64,000 bases of DNA, taken from Trueperaceae bacterium (GTDB lineage Bacteria > Deinococcota > Deinococci > Deinococcales > Trueperaceae). This document shows, piece after piece, positions 18,817-29,412 of this stretch (position 1 is its first letter; each line of letters begins with the position of its first letter). The translations under genes were made by a program, and so were the position numbers. The stretch covers positions 3,648,001-3,712,000 of the forward strand of contig OZ243913.1 of the NCBI GenBank assembly GCA_965213705.1, read 5' to 3'. The notes beneath the pieces were generated by a model. It was given only the letters and a program-made list of their open reading frames with translations, made no database searches and was not told the DNA's origin.

Positions 18817-20217
18817 TCACTGGTTTGCGCTGACCCGCTCGAGCTTGAGTTCCCGCCTGAGACCCCGCTCGCTCGTACCGAGCGTGCCGTCTTCGATAAA
18901 ACCCGTATAGACTTCGTCGTTGCGGTTGGGTAGCAACGCGTCGATAACCCAAGTGGAGGCTTGGCCGTCTTCAGCCGTCGTTTTAGCCCGGAAGCTGACG
19001 GGGGCGTAGTAGTCGGCGGGTGCCAAATACTTTTGCTCACTACCTCCTTGGACTTCACCTTGTAGGTCGCGAACGGTGCCGGAAGCGTCCGTAACTGTTC
19101 CGCTTACGCCATAGTGCCACTCGTCCAAAAAGGTTGCCTCGAGGTCCAGATAAAGCGTTTCAGGCGCAGGGTCGGGAAGGGTTTGCAAAAGTTGTCCCGT
19201 TTCCAACTCGAACATTTGAACAACGCCGTCGGTGGTGGCCGCGACGACGTAGCGCTCGTCACGACTCAAAACCGGCGGCGTGTACAGCGCGAAAGGTGCC
19301 GAAGGCGCGCGCACTCCGGCGCGGCGTTCGCCCGTGGCGATGTCCAAAAGCTCGAGTTGGGTCGTGTTGGTATCGTAGGGCGGAGCAAACAAAGACGCGG
19401 TTAGTACGGCGGTGCCGTCGCCGCTGAACCCCAGCAGGTAGCTTGCCTCAAATTCGGCTGGTGTATCTAAGTAGGCACCACTGGCGAAATCCCACCTATC
19501 GATGAGGCGTCCGAGCCATTGCACCCACAGTTGCCGCCCGTCCGGCGTAAACAGGGTGCGGTAGAGTGACGAGCCGTTGTATTTGACACTCGTGAATTGG
19601 CGGACGAGCTGCCCCGTTTTGAGGTCCCAGACGAAATAAGTGCTGGTGCTGCCCCCTACCAGCAAGTAGCTGCCGTCGGGGCTGAAAATCAACTCACCAA
19701 CGGCAACGGGGTGCTCGAGCGTATAAAGCAAATCTCCAGTTTTCGCGCTCCACACTTTGACGGTATTTTCATCTCTGTAATACAGAGCGGTTGCAAAGAG
19801 GTCGAAGTTGGGTGAAAGAACGCTCGTGGCACTCAGTCCGTCCTGCTCGACCACATCAAAGTCCAGCAGGGTTTTCCCGGTAGCCAAGTCCACAATTTGA
19901 ACCGCGGGGCCGCTGACCCCCAACCGCGTGCCGTCGGCGCTGAACGAAACTTGACCCGGCCCGAGGTCGATTTTTGTACTCGTGAAAGTCTGCGTGTCGT
20001 AAAGGTCGAACCCGTAAGAGGTCGCCGCTGCAAAGCTCGAGCCGTCCGGGTTGAAGGCCAAGCCGGACACGCTCTCGCCCGTGACTTTGCCGACCTTGGC
20101 CTGCCAGGTGCCGCGCAAGACGCTCGGGTCGCTGGCAAAGTCGACCGATTTGCGCGTGTCTAAGCAGCCGCTGAGCAGCAACGCGAGTGAAACGAGCAAC
20201 AGGTTTCGACGTAACAC
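18817..20217 (-). CDS. WD40-like beta-propeller lipoprotein
   Basis: Lipobox LSGC; repeated FSPDG/FNPDG and VWDLKTG motifs. Confidence 0.8.
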   Translation of the reverse strand: MLRRNLLLVSLALLLSGCLDTRKSVDFASDPSVLRGTWQAKVGKVTGESVSGLAFNPDGSSFAAATSYGFDLYDTQTFTSTKIDLGPGQVSFSADGTRLGVSGPAVQIVDLATGKTLLDFDVVEQDGLSATSVLSPNFDLFATALYYRDENTVKVWSAKTGDLLYTLEHPVAVGELIFSPDGSYLLVGGSTSTYFVWDLKTGQLVRQFTSVKYNGSSLYRTLFTPDGRQLWVQWLGRLIDRWDFASGAYLDTPAEFEASYLLGFSGDGTAVLTASLFAPPYDTNTTQLELLDIATGERRAGVRAPSAPFALYTPPVLSRDERYVVAATTDGVVQMFELETGQLLQTLPDPAPETLYLDLEATFLDEWHYGVSGTVTDASGTVRDLQGEVQGGSEQKYLAPADYYAPVSFRAKTTAEDGQASTWVIDALLPNRNDEVYTGFIEDGTLGTSERGLRRELKLERVSANQ

Positions 20218-20330
20218 GAATCACTGTAGTCGAGGTGAACCGAGAAGTCAAGAACTTGCTTGGGGCGTGTCAAAGCTCCCTCAGCTCGACCGCAAAAGGT
20301 CGAGCCGAGGGAGGATAAGTGTTTGTTGGT

Positions 20331-20843
20331 TTAGCGAAAATTCTCGAGAATAGCTTTGACCGACGGCGAGGTGCTTTGCGGACTCAGTGAAGCTGTCGTC
20401 AACTCGCTGTCGTAGGCAAGATTCAGCGTGAGGCTGCTGCTCTGACCGTCTATAACGAAGATGAGTTTGCCCGTTAGGGTTTTGGCGTCAGTGCCGAAGG
20501 TACCCTCAACCTTGATTTGGTCGCCGACGTCGTCCGTTATGCTGAGAGTCAGCGTCGTACCTTCGACTGAACCCTCCAGGGTGCAACACGTAACCGGGTT
20601 ATCGTACTGGTCTATGTAACCGAAGGTACCGGACACCGCGGTACCCGTTTGGGTGAAGCCGAAACCCACGTACATACCGCTGCCCGAATCCGGGCTGGTG
20701 GCGGTGCCAAACCAAAAATCGTTGTCGAGGTTGATGACGCTGGGGACGGGTTTCGGGGCTGGAGCGGCCGGGCTCGGGCCGGTGGACGAGCACGCCGCCA
20801 ATCCGAAGACGAGGAGGAGCAACACGACGTTTCTTACTTTCAT
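20331..20843 (-). CDS. Hypothetical lipoprotein
   Basis: MKVRNVVLLLLVFGLAAC lipobox; AAGGAG upstream of ATG 20843. Confidence 0.7.
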   Translation of the reverse strand: MKVRNVVLLLLVFGLAACSSTGPSPAAPAPKPVPSVINLDNDFWFGTATSPDSGSGMYVGFGFTQTGTAVSGTFGYIDQYDNPVTCCTLEGSVEGTTLTLSITDDVGDQIKVEGTFGTDAKTLTGKLIFVIDGQSSSLTLNLAYDSELTTASLSPQSTSPSVKAILENFR

Positions 20844-20986
20844 ACGAACTCCTTTGGGCATAGTGACCTGCAGGTCTCAACCAGTGTAGGTGACGCGTCC
20901 TTACAAAATCCTTACCCTCGAGCGGCGTGGACAACGCAAAGCGCGGCACGTTTCCAACTCGTCGGGGTGGGTAAAATAAGGGTGTT

Positions 20987-22768
20987 GTGACCCGAGACGA
21001 CCTGCCCGTTTTACCCCTGCAGCCCGGCTGTTACTTGTACTACAACGGGGCGAACACGGTCATCTACATCGGCAAGGCGAAAGTGTTGCGCGCCCGGGTG
21101 ACCTCGTACTTCAACGCCGGTGTTGATAAAAAAGCGCGGCAAATCGTCAAGGAGGCGGTCAGGCTCGAGTTCATCGTCACCAAAAACGAGGTCGAGGCGC
21201 TTATCTTAGAGGCCAACCTCATCAAGCGTTACAAGCCGGTTTACAACGTCTTGCTAAAAGACGACAAACAGTATCCCTTTTTGAAACTCACCAACGAAGA
21301 ATACCCGATGCTCATTTTCACGCGGCGCGTGCTCGACGATGGCGCGACCTACTACGGGCCTTACCCGAGCGCGGGTTCGGTGCGCAAGGTTCAAGACCTC
21401 ATCGCCACGCTGTTCCCGCTGCGCCAGAACAGCGGCCTGCCGTTTCAGCCGCGCAAAAAACCGTGTTTGCGTTTTCACATGGGCCGCTGTCTCGCGCCGT
21501 GTATCGGCGAGACGACGCCGGAGGAATACGCCAAGGTCGTGGCGCAGGCGAAGGCTTTTTTGGAGGGCCGCATCGAAGACACGCTTGAGTCGTTGCAAGA
21601 GGAGATGCGCGCGGCGGCCGGACGGCAAGACTTCGAGTTGGCCCGCGTTTACCGTGACCGCATCGCGGCGCTGCAACGCTTGACTGGGTATGACAGCGAC
21701 GTGTCGCGACTGAGCGGCGACGACCTGGACTTTTTGGGGCTGGCGCGGGGCGGCAACTACGCGATGGTGCAACTGTTCCAGATGCGCCGCGGGCGCGTGG
21801 TCGGGCGCGACAAGCGCTTTTTGACCAACGCCGCCGACGCCGCCGACGCCGAGATTTTGGAACGCTTTATGGCCGACTACTACGCCCAAGCGACGCAACC
21901 CCCGCCCCTCATCATGCTGCCCGAAGCGGTGGACCTAGAGTTCTGGCAGGACTTTTTCAGCGAGCGCTCGGGCCGCAAAACCGAACTGCGGGTGCCGAAG
22001 CGGGGCGACAAGCTGGACCTCATGGCGATGGCCGAGCGCAACGCGGCGACGGGTTTGGAGGCCGAGCTGGCCCTCTTAGAGCGCCGCGGCGAAGCGCCCG
22101 GCGTCGGGGAACTGCAGGCTTTAGCGGAGCTTGAAAACCCGCCCTACCGCATTGAAGGTTTCGACATCTCCAACCTCATGGGCACGCACACGGTCGCGTC
22201 CATCGTCGTGTTCGAGGGGGGCCGTGCTAAGAAGTCCGAGTACCGGCGAATGCGCGTGACCGGACTGGACAAACCCGACGACTTTTACTCGATGCACCAG
22301 GCCGTTTATCGGCGTTTTACGGGTTCGCTCGCCGACAAGCTGCCGCTGCCCGACCTGCTCCTCATCGACGGCGGCAAGGGCCAACTGAGTGCGGCCCGGC
22401 GTGCGCTGGATGAAGCAGGCATTGACATTCCCATGCTGGGCCTCGCCAAAAAGCAGGAGACCATCATCACCGAGGGTAAAAAGGAAATCCTCGTGTCCGA
22501 GACGCACCCGGCGTTGCGCCTGCTCATCAACATCCGCGACGAGGCGCACCGGACGGCGGTCGGCTACAACCGCAAAAAGCGCGGCGAGGCCATGACGAAG
22601 TCGGTGCTCGACGACGTGCCGGGCATCGGACCCAAGCGCCGCGACGCGCTGCTGGCGCACTTTTCAAGCGTCGACGAACTCAAAAGCGCCGAGGTGGCCG
22701 AACTCGCCGGCATTCCCGGCGTCGGGCGAAACGCGGCGGAGGCGGTCAAGGCGTTTTTCTCGGGGTAG
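20987..22768 (+). CDS. uvrC: Excinuclease ABC subunit C
   Basis: GIY-YIG (PGCY...YIGKA), UVR domain, [17 protein letters not shown]-terminal HhH GIGPKR. Confidence 0.96.
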   Translation: MTRDDLPVLPLQPGCYLYYNGANTVIYIGKAKVLRARVTSYFNAGVDKKARQIVKEAVRLEFIVTKNEVEALILEANLIKRYKPVYNVLLKDDKQYPFLKLTNEEYPMLIFTRRVLDDGATYYGPYPSAGSVRKVQDLIATLFPLRQNSGLPFQPRKKPCLRFHMGRCLAPCIGETTPEEYAKVVAQAKAFLEGRIEDTLESLQEEMRAAAGRQDFELARVYRDRIAALQRLTGYDSDVSRLSGDDLDFLGLARGGNYAMVQLFQMRRGRVVGRDKRFLTNAADAADAEILERFMADYYAQATQPPPLIMLPEAVDLEFWQDFFSERSGRKTELRVPKRGDKLDLMAMAERNAATGLEAELALLERRGEAPGVGELQALAELENPPYRIEGFDISNLMGTHTVASIVVFEGGRAKKSEYRRMRVTGLDKPDDFYSMHQAVYRRFTGSLADKLPLPDLLLIDGGKGQLSAARRALDEAGIDIPMLGLAKKQETIITEGKKEILVSETHPALRLLINIRDEAHRTAVGYNRKKRGEAMTKSVLDDVPGIGPKRRDALLAHFSSVDELKSAEVAELAGIPGVGRNAAEAVKAFFSG

Positions 22769-22802
22769 AGCGGTCGCGAGGTCCAGCATAAAAACAAAAA
22801 AC

Positions 22803-22831
22803 GACCAGGTCGAGGAAGCCTCGACCTGGTC
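22803..22831. terminator. Terminator between convergent uvrC and carbonic anhydrase
   Basis: GACCAGGTCGAGG-AAG-CCTCGACCTGGTC with an A-run on the left, i.e. a U-tract on the minus strand. Confidence 0.75.
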
Positions 22832-22846
22832 AATAGAGGTACAAGC

Positions 22847-23611
22847 TCAGTCGTCGCTGGCGTCCTCCAGCAGCGTCCGGTCGCCCAGCGGTTGCAGCGG
22901 GCGGTTGCTGGTGCCGATAACCGAGAAAAGCGCGTCTATTTGCTCAGCAGACAGTTCCACGGGTTCGGCCATCACGTTCCACTTCACGCCTTGCGAGCAG
23001 GGCGGCGTGGTGAGCGAACCCGGGTAGCGGTAGGTCGCGCCGCTCTCGGGCAGCATGGCGCTCGGGTCGACGGTCTCTTGGGTTTCGGTTTCGCCCTCTT
23101 CGGCGGGAGCGTTCGCCAGGACACCGGCTAAGGCTTCGTTCTCCGCGCCTTCTCGGAGCATCACCCCGACGACGGCCAGGTCGCCCTCGGTGCCCACCTT
23201 CCTGTGGACAAAGTGGAGTTCGGCACCGAGCAGGTCGCCGTTGAGCGCGTGCTCGCTCGGCGTGTGAAAGTGAAACTGCAACAGTTCGTACGCCTCACCG
23301 TCGAGCGTCATGTCGACCTCGCTGCTCGAGTCGTAGGGCACCTGGATGGTGTGGCCGTTGTTCATCACCACCAGCGGCGACGGTTGGTAGTTGAACGAGA
23401 TGTCCCGCAAGTCTTCTTGGGTCAAGCTGGCTTCGGCCAAGTCGATGGGCGACTGTTCGGTGCCGACGGCGCAGAGCTGGTACGCTTCGTCGAGGTCGCC
23501 CCAGTTTTCGGGTCCGGCTTCACCGCTGTACTCCCAGTGGGGCGGCTCGAGCGCTTGCCCGTAAACGCTTCCTACGAGTAAAAGAGCTGTGAGGGTTAAG
23601 AGTTTGGTCAT
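22847..23611 (-). CDS. Secreted alpha-carbonic anhydrase
   Basis: Signal peptide; HWEYSG, QSPID, QFHFHTPSEH, ELHFVH, GSLTTPPCS. Confidence 0.93.
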   Translation of the reverse strand: MTKLLTLTALLLVGSVYGQALEPPHWEYSGEAGPENWGDLDEAYQLCAVGTEQSPIDLAEASLTQEDLRDISFNYQPSPLVVMNNGHTIQVPYDSSSEVDMTLDGEAYELLQFHFHTPSEHALNGDLLGAELHFVHRKVGTEGDLAVVGVMLREGAENEALAGVLANAPAEEGETETQETVDPSAMLPESGATYRYPGSLTTPPCSQGVKWNVMAEPVELSAEQIDALFSVIGTSNRPLQPLGDRTLLEDASDD

Positions 23612-23698
23612 CGTTCCTCCCGGTCCAAGCTTAGCCGCAGCGCAGTTTCTAAAGAGCGTCGTGGTTTATAGTCGTGCGCTTAGCCGTGACGTAAAGAG

Positions 23699-23944
23699 TC
23701 AGGGTTGGGCGGACGGCCGCGAGCCGGTTCCGTCAGGCTGCGCCTTCTCACACCCCAACCGCACAAACGGAAACTCAGCTGTGAACGTTTTGCGGCAGGT
23801 GGCGTTGGGAAGCTCTGTCGCCACGCTGAGGCCGCCCCGCCCTGAGCCCTGCACGTCCAAGCGCGTGTTGCCGACCAGGTAAACGAGCAAGCTCAGCAGC
23901 GCAACTGCGAGGACGGCTCCGAGAAAAACGCGGCCCAGCTTCAT
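23699..23944 (-). CDS. Small membrane-anchored hypothetical protein
   Basis: N-terminal hydrophobic helix and a Cys pair; fills the gap between genes. Confidence 0.5.
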   Translation of the reverse strand: MKLGRVFLGAVLAVALLSLLVYLVGNTRLDVQGSGRGGLSVATELPNATCRKTFTAEFPFVRLGCEKAQPDGTGSRPSAQP

Positions 23945-24047
23945 GGTTCAAGTCTAGCGTCTCACAGCGCTCCAAGGCCTCTGCCAAAAGGCTGAACGTT
24001 TATAAAGACGAACGTTTGTAAGACCCGGCGGTTCGTAAAAACTGAGG

Positions 24048-25913
24048 TCAGTAGCGGACGCCGTAAGCCTTGACGGTGCCGTCCAGCGCCGCCACGATAA
24101 CCGTGTCGTTCAAAACGAGCGGGCTCGCCTGAATCGGTCCCAGGGTGACGCTGTCTTCGAACAGGCGTTGCCCGGTCAGCGCGTCGAACACGAGCAGCTG
24201 CCCGCCTTCGGTCACGACGTAGAGCCGCCCCGCCGCAACCACGGGCGTCGCGGTGACGGGTGCGTCTAAGCCCTGCTCCCACACGTCGTCGCCGGTCGGC
24301 AGCGACAAGCAGCGCACCGTGTTCGCCCACGACACCGCGTACACGTAGCTGTGCCAGCACACCGGCGAGGCCCACAGCTGGCCCTCGAGGCCGTAGCTCC
24401 AGCGCACCTCCAACTTGTCCAAGTCGAAAGCGTGCAGCTCGCCGGAACGTTCCGGCAACAGCAGCAGTCCGTCTTTGGCGGCGGGTGCGGCGGCGACCGA
24501 GCCGAGCTTGACCTTGAACTTGCCCTCGCCCGTTTTTGCGTCGACACCGTGGACCCAGCCTTCCTGGGTAACGCCGTAAACCGTACCCCGGTAAAGGACC
24601 GGCGGCGTGAGGAGCGGGCTGGCGGCCTCAGAGCGCCACAACAAACCGTTGTCGAGGCCCCTGGCCTGCAAGTTGCCGTCTCTCGAGCTGATAACCAGGT
24701 CGCGCCCGAAGGGCGTCACCCCGACCGCGCCGACCGCCTCCCGCCACAGGGTCCGGCCGCCGGGCCAACTCAGCAGCGACAGGGCGCCGTCGCGACTCAC
24801 TACAGCCAAGTGCCCGTGATGGTAGAGCGGCGCGGTGTTGACTTCGTCGTCGGTTCGAAACTCGGCCTCGGTCGTGCCGTCGGCGGGCCGCAACGCGCGC
24901 ACCGTCTCGTTGCGCAAACCCAAAAACACGAACCCCTCGGCCGCCGTGAGCGCGCCCGGCCACTGCGGGCCTTCGCCGAGCGCCAGCTGCCAGCGGCACA
25001 CCAAGCGTTTGGGGTTGACGGGGCCGTAAGGATACGTGCCTTGCTGGGCGGGACCCCCCAAACGCTGCTGCGTCGCAGCCTGCAAGGTCGTCGCCAAAAT
25101 CGTGCGCAGCGCCGCGGCGACGCTGCGCCCCGAGGCGGGCCGCTCATGGGGATGTTTGGACAACAGCAAACTGATGAGGTCGGACAAGGCGGCGGGAACA
25201 AATGGGTTGTGGTCGAGGGCCGGGGTGATGTCGCCGTAGACGTGCTGGTACAGCACGGCCTGGTCGTTGTCGGCGTCGAACGGGGTGACGCCGGTGACGG
25301 CCTTGTAAAGCACCGCGCCGAAGGCGTACAGGTCGGTGTGCGCGCCGACCGCCCCGCTCAGGGCCTGCTCGGGAGCCATGTAGTGCGGCGTGCCCAGCGT
25401 GAGGCCGGTGCGAGTGAGCTGCCGCGTCGTCTCGGCAAGTTGGACGAGGCCGAAGTCCATCACTTTAGGCTGCAACTGCGCGGTGAGAAGGATGTTGCGC
25501 GGCGTCACGTCGCGGTGGACGACGCCGAGACGGTGGACGTAGTGAAGCGTTTCGGCCACCGTGATGGCCGCTTCTAACAGGTCGCGCAACGGTTCCGGGT
25601 CGGGCTCGAGCGGCCCCAACGACGTAAACGGCCCGCCCTCGACGAGTTCCATGACGAAGTACACGCTTTCACCCTCGCCCCGCCCGAGGTCGTAAATCGT
25701 CACGATGCCCGGATGGTTGAGCCGCGCCAACGTCTTGATTTCCCGCAAAAACCTCTCCCGGTCGGTCTCGGTCAGGTGAGGCCGCAAAAACTTCAGCGCG
25801 ACGTCGCGCTCTAAGTGCTGGTCGCGCGCCCGGTAGACGTAGCTCATCCCGCCCTGCCCGAGTTCGCCGGTTACTAAGTAGCGGTCGTCCAGGAGGTTGC
25901 CGAGGTCTATCAT
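24048..25913 (-). CDS. Ser/Thr protein kinase with C-terminal PQQ-like beta-propeller
   Basis: LGQGGMS, VALK, HRDVTPRN, DFG, GTPHYMAPE, followed by PQQ-type repeats. Confidence 0.92.
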   Translation of the reverse strand: MIDLGNLLDDRYLVTGELGQGGMSYVYRARDQHLERDVALKFLRPHLTETDRERFLREIKTLARLNHPGIVTIYDLGRGEGESVYFVMELVEGGPFTSLGPLEPDPEPLRDLLEAAITVAETLHYVHRLGVVHRDVTPRNILLTAQLQPKVMDFGLVQLAETTRQLTRTGLTLGTPHYMAPEQALSGAVGAHTDLYAFGAVLYKAVTGVTPFDADNDQAVLYQHVYGDITPALDHNPFVPAALSDLISLLLSKHPHERPASGRSVAAALRTILATTLQAATQQRLGGPAQQGTYPYGPVNPKRLVCRWQLALGEGPQWPGALTAAEGFVFLGLRNETVRALRPADGTTEAEFRTDDEVNTAPLYHHGHLAVVSRDGALSLLSWPGGRTLWREAVGAVGVTPFGRDLVISSRDGNLQARGLDNGLLWRSEAASPLLTPPVLYRGTVYGVTQEGWVHGVDAKTGEGKFKVKLGSVAAAPAAKDGLLLLPERSGELHAFDLDKLEVRWSYGLEGQLWASPVCWHSYVYAVSWANTVRCLSLPTGDDVWEQGLDAPVTATPVVAAGRLYVVTEGGQLLVFDALTGQRLFEDSVTLGPIQASPLVLNDTVIVAALDGTVKAYGVRY

Positions 25914-26072
25914 GCGCTCGTCACTATACCGCGAGGGCTGAAAAACATGAGGAAACAGGGACGAGGCTCAAAAAGGCTTGCCATTTTTTCTGGCAGAGTC
26001 TCAACCGCGGCTGTAACTATCCTCACAGCCGCGTGCGGACGTGAATAACCTTATGCCCAAGCCGTCGAACTT

Positions 26073-26285
26073 TCAGCTATCGTCTTCTAAGGCTTTTAAG
26101 ATGTCAGGAGATAACTTGCCCTCTTCCACCGCGCGGTTCAGCATTTCGATTCCCAAGCGCACCACCTCGGACTTCGAGACGAGGCGTTCGGGGTTCGAGA
26201 GCTGGTACGCCGTTTTGGTCAAGAGCGAATCCTGCTCTTCGGTAATCACGACCTGGAGCCGTTTGCTTTTCTCGCGTTTCGGCAC
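26073..26285 (-). CDS. Small ribbon-helix-helix-like DNA-binding protein
   Basis: KRLQVVI strand then helices with SKSEVVR; AGGAGG upstream; divergent from murA. Confidence 0.65.
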   Translation of the reverse strand: MPKREKSKRLQVVITEEQDSLLTKTAYQLSNPERLVSKSEVVRLGIEMLNRAVEEGKLSPDILKALEDDS

Positions 26286-26434
26286 GCTTCTCCTCCTGGT
26301 CTCACTTTACCCCTTTGCCCAACGCCTTGACAATGTTGGGGCGACTCGTTACACTGCGGGTGAGTGTTATGTGTAAGTGGTGTAAGACTGCGGAAGCCGT
26401 CAGCACAGGCTCGCCACGCTCTTGGGATGGGAAC

Positions 26435-27736
26435 ATGACCGACTACCAAAACACGCTTCAGGTTACCGGCGGCACGCCGCTAAAGGGGACTGTCCGCGTC
26501 AACGCCGCCAAAAACTCGGTGCTCGTCCTGATGTTGGGCGCGCTTCTCAGCCGCGAACGCGTCGTGCTGCAGGCCGTCCCGCGGCTCAGCGACATCCTGG
26601 TGATGGTGGACTTGCTGCGGCACTTCGGCGCGACCGTGACCTGGCAGGGCAACGACCTGCACATCCAGGCCGACACCCTTACGACCTGCGCCGCGCCCTA
26701 CCACTTGGTCAGCAAAATGCGCGCCAGCTTCGTCGCGCTGGGCGCGCTGCTCGGGCGTTGTGGCAACGTAAAAATGCCGATGCCCGGCGGTTGCGCCTTC
26801 GGTCCCCGCCCGGTCGACCGCCACATCAAAGCCTTCAAAGCGCTCGGCGCGCAAGTGTTGGAAGAAGAGGGCGACTTCGTCGTGAATTTGCCGCAACCCT
26901 TGAGCGGAAGAGTGGTGTTCGAAGCGCCGACCGTCGGCGGCACCCAAAACATCTTGCTGGCGAGCGTGTTGGGCACGGGTGAAGTAACAATTCAGAACGC
27001 CGCCTGCGAACCCGAAATCGTCGACCTGGCGAACCTGCTCGTCTGCATGGGCGCACGCATCACGGGTGCGGGCACGCCGACCGTCCACGTTGTCGGCGTA
27101 AGAAGCCTGCACGGCGTCACTTACCGCGCCATCCCCGACCGCATCGAAGCGGGCACGCTGATGTTGGCCGTCGCCGCCACGAGGGGCGCGGCGTTGTTCG
27201 AAGACGTGAACTTCGAGCACCTGAAAGCGGTCGTCGCCAAGCTGCGCGAGGCGGGTGTGCAGGTCACCCCGGAGGGGCAAGACAAACTGTTTGTCGACGC
27301 TTCCGGCACGTTGCGCCCTGTGGACCTGGCCGCACTCGAGTACCCCGGCATTCCCACCGACCTGCAAGGCCCGTTCGGCGCGTTTCTGGTGACGGTGCCG
27401 GGTGAAAGCGTCGTGTCCGACCACGTGTATTTCGACCACCGCTTTACCCACGTCGCACCCTTGAGCGACCTGGGCGCGGATTTAGAATTGGACTACAACA
27501 CCCTCACCATTCGGGGCGGCCGGCCGCTGGTCGGAACGACGATGCAAGCGGCCGACATTCGCGCGGGCGGCGCGCTCATCGTGGCGGCGCTCGCCGCGCA
27601 GGGCCGCTCCAGCATCGGCGGCGTCGAGTACATCGAGCGCGGTTACGAACGAATCACCGAACGCTTGCGCGGTTTGGGCGCGGCGATTCACAAAGTTTCA
27701 CACGTCGAGGTCGTCACGGGGACGTACGGGGACTAG
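26435..27736 (+). CDS. murA: UDP-N-acetylglucosamine 1-carboxyvinyltransferase
   Basis: AKNS, KMRAS, PGGCAFGPRPVDRH, PDRIEAGT, PTDLQ, IERGYE. Confidence 0.95.
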   Translation: MTDYQNTLQVTGGTPLKGTVRVNAAKNSVLVLMLGALLSRERVVLQAVPRLSDILVMVDLLRHFGATVTWQGNDLHIQADTLTTCAAPYHLVSKMRASFVALGALLGRCGNVKMPMPGGCAFGPRPVDRHIKAFKALGAQVLEEEGDFVVNLPQPLSGRVVFEAPTVGGTQNILLASVLGTGEVTIQNAACEPEIVDLANLLVCMGARITGAGTPTVHVVGVRSLHGVTYRAIPDRIEAGTLMLAVAATRGAALFEDVNFEHLKAVVAKLREAGVQVTPEGQDKLFVDASGTLRPVDLAALEYPGIPTDLQGPFGAFLVTVPGESVVSDHVYFDHRFTHVAPLSDLGADLELDYNTLTIRGGRPLVGTTMQAADIRAGGALIVAALAAQGRSSIGGVEYIERGYERITERLRGLGAAIHKVSHVEVVTGTYGD

Positions 27737-27894
27737 GCGAGTCACAAGCCTCAACCGAGTGCCGCCAGCAGTTCAGGGATAAACAACGGCGTCGGCTGGG
27801 TCGCGCCGGGGAAATAAGGTCGAACCGGGCGCTGTTTTTTGGGGCGACGAGCGCGGCGCTCTTGCCGACGCCGGTCAAACCGACGCCGAAGAGG

Positions 27895-29112
27895 TTAGCC
27901 ACGAAGCGTTTTCAAACGCTCCCCGGCCTCGCGCAGCGCCTCGTCGGTTTTGCAAAACGCGAAGCGGACGAGGTCTTTTGCCAAGTGCTTGTGCGCGTCG
28001 CTGTAAAAGGCGCTCGGCGGAATCGCGGCGACGCGGGCGCGTTTGGGCAGGTCCAGACACAGCTCGACGTCGTCTTTGTAACCCAGGGCGCTCGAGTCCG
28101 CCATCACAAAGTAACTCCCCTGCGGAACGAGCGCCTTAAACGGCGTGGCGGCGAGGGCGTCCAGCAGCAGGTCACGTTTGCCCCGGTACATCGTTTGCAG
28201 GTCTTGGAAAAAAGGGCTCTCCGCGCGGCCCGCTTCCGCAAGCGCGTCGGCGGCGGCAAGTTGCAGCGGCGTCGCCACCGTGTAGGGTATCCACTGGTGC
28301 GCCATTCGCACGGCGTGGATAAGGGGTTGGGGTCCGACCACCCAACCGACCTTCCAGCCCGTCACCGAAAACGTTTTGCCGACCGAGGAAATCGCCAGGG
28401 TGCGCTCCCAAGCGCCGGGGCGGCTCGCGGGCGACACGTGCGGTTCGAAAACGATGTGCTCGTAAGCCTCGTCGCTGACGATTGTCGCGTCGTACTGCTC
28501 GGCAAGCCGCACGATTTCGTCGAGTTCTTCCGCGCTGAACATTTTGCCCGTCGGGTTGTGCGGGGTGTTGAGGAAGATGGCTTTGGTCTTAGCAGAAAAA
28601 GCGCGCGCCAACTCCGCAAAGTCGAGCTGCCAAGTGCCGTCGGTTTGCGGGTGCAGCGGCACGTAAACCGGCACGCCGCCCGCCATCAGCACGTCGGCGG
28701 GGTAGGCGTCGTAAAAGGGCTCGAGCAAAATCACCTCGTCGCCGGGGTCGAGGAGGGCTTGCGCCACGGCGAACAGCGCTTCGGTCGCGCCCACGGTCAC
28801 TTGTACGTTGAGCAGCGGGTCGAGGCTGCGCCCCAGCGTGGTTCCCTTGACCGTGGCGACGGCCTGGTTGAACTGCGGCATCCCCGGCAACGGCGCGTAC
28901 TGTTGGTAAGCGTTTCCCGCGCGCCGGTACGCGTCCATTACCAGGGCGGGCGGCGCGAAGTCGGGAAAACCTTGGCCCAAATTCACGGCGTCGTGTTCGG
29001 CGGCGAGGCGCGAATAGGTGGCGAACACCGTTTCGCCAAAACCGGCAACGCGCCGACTGTGCGGCAGGGCGGGAGACGGCAGGGTGGGAGACGGCAGGGT
29101 GAGGGGACGCAT
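27895..29112 (-). CDS. Class I PLP aminotransferase (YbdL/kynurenine aminotransferase-like)
   Basis: NLGQGFPDF, NTPHNPTG, SDEAY, SVGKTFSVTGWKVG, VRFAFCK. Confidence 0.9.
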   Translation of the reverse strand: MRPLTLPSPTLPSPALPHSRRVAGFGETVFATYSRLAAEHDAVNLGQGFPDFAPPALVMDAYRRAGNAYQQYAPLPGMPQFNQAVATVKGTTLGRSLDPLLNVQVTVGATEALFAVAQALLDPGDEVILLEPFYDAYPADVLMAGGVPVYVPLHPQTDGTWQLDFAELARAFSAKTKAIFLNTPHNPTGKMFSAEELDEIVRLAEQYDATIVSDEAYEHIVFEPHVSPASRPGAWERTLAISSVGKTFSVTGWKVGWVVGPQPLIHAVRMAHQWIPYTVATPLQLAAADALAEAGRAESPFFQDLQTMYRGKRDLLLDALAATPFKALVPQGSYFVMADSSALGYKDDVELCLDLPKRARVAAIPPSAFYSDAHKHLAKDLVRFAFCKTDEALREAGERLKTLRG

Positions 29113-29412
29113 AGGACCATCATAGAAGAAAACCGCTTTCGCGCAGGAGCCGCCGCCTCAGTCTTCCAGAACGCTTGCAGGGACGAGCGAGCAAGTTGTG
29201 AGCCGTGAGCGCCGACCGACGTTTCCCGCGTGGCAAACTTTTCGCTGTTCGCAGTCGAGGCGGCGGTCCGGGGGGTTTGTGGTTGCGGCTCCGTACCAAC
29301 AGAGTTTCTTTGTCCATGTATACTGCAAAACTGAGTCGCGCACGACCCCCCAAAGCCCCATCCCAGACCGCGTGGTCGGAAAGACCGAGCGGTCAGAATT
29401 TGTGAGTCTTTT

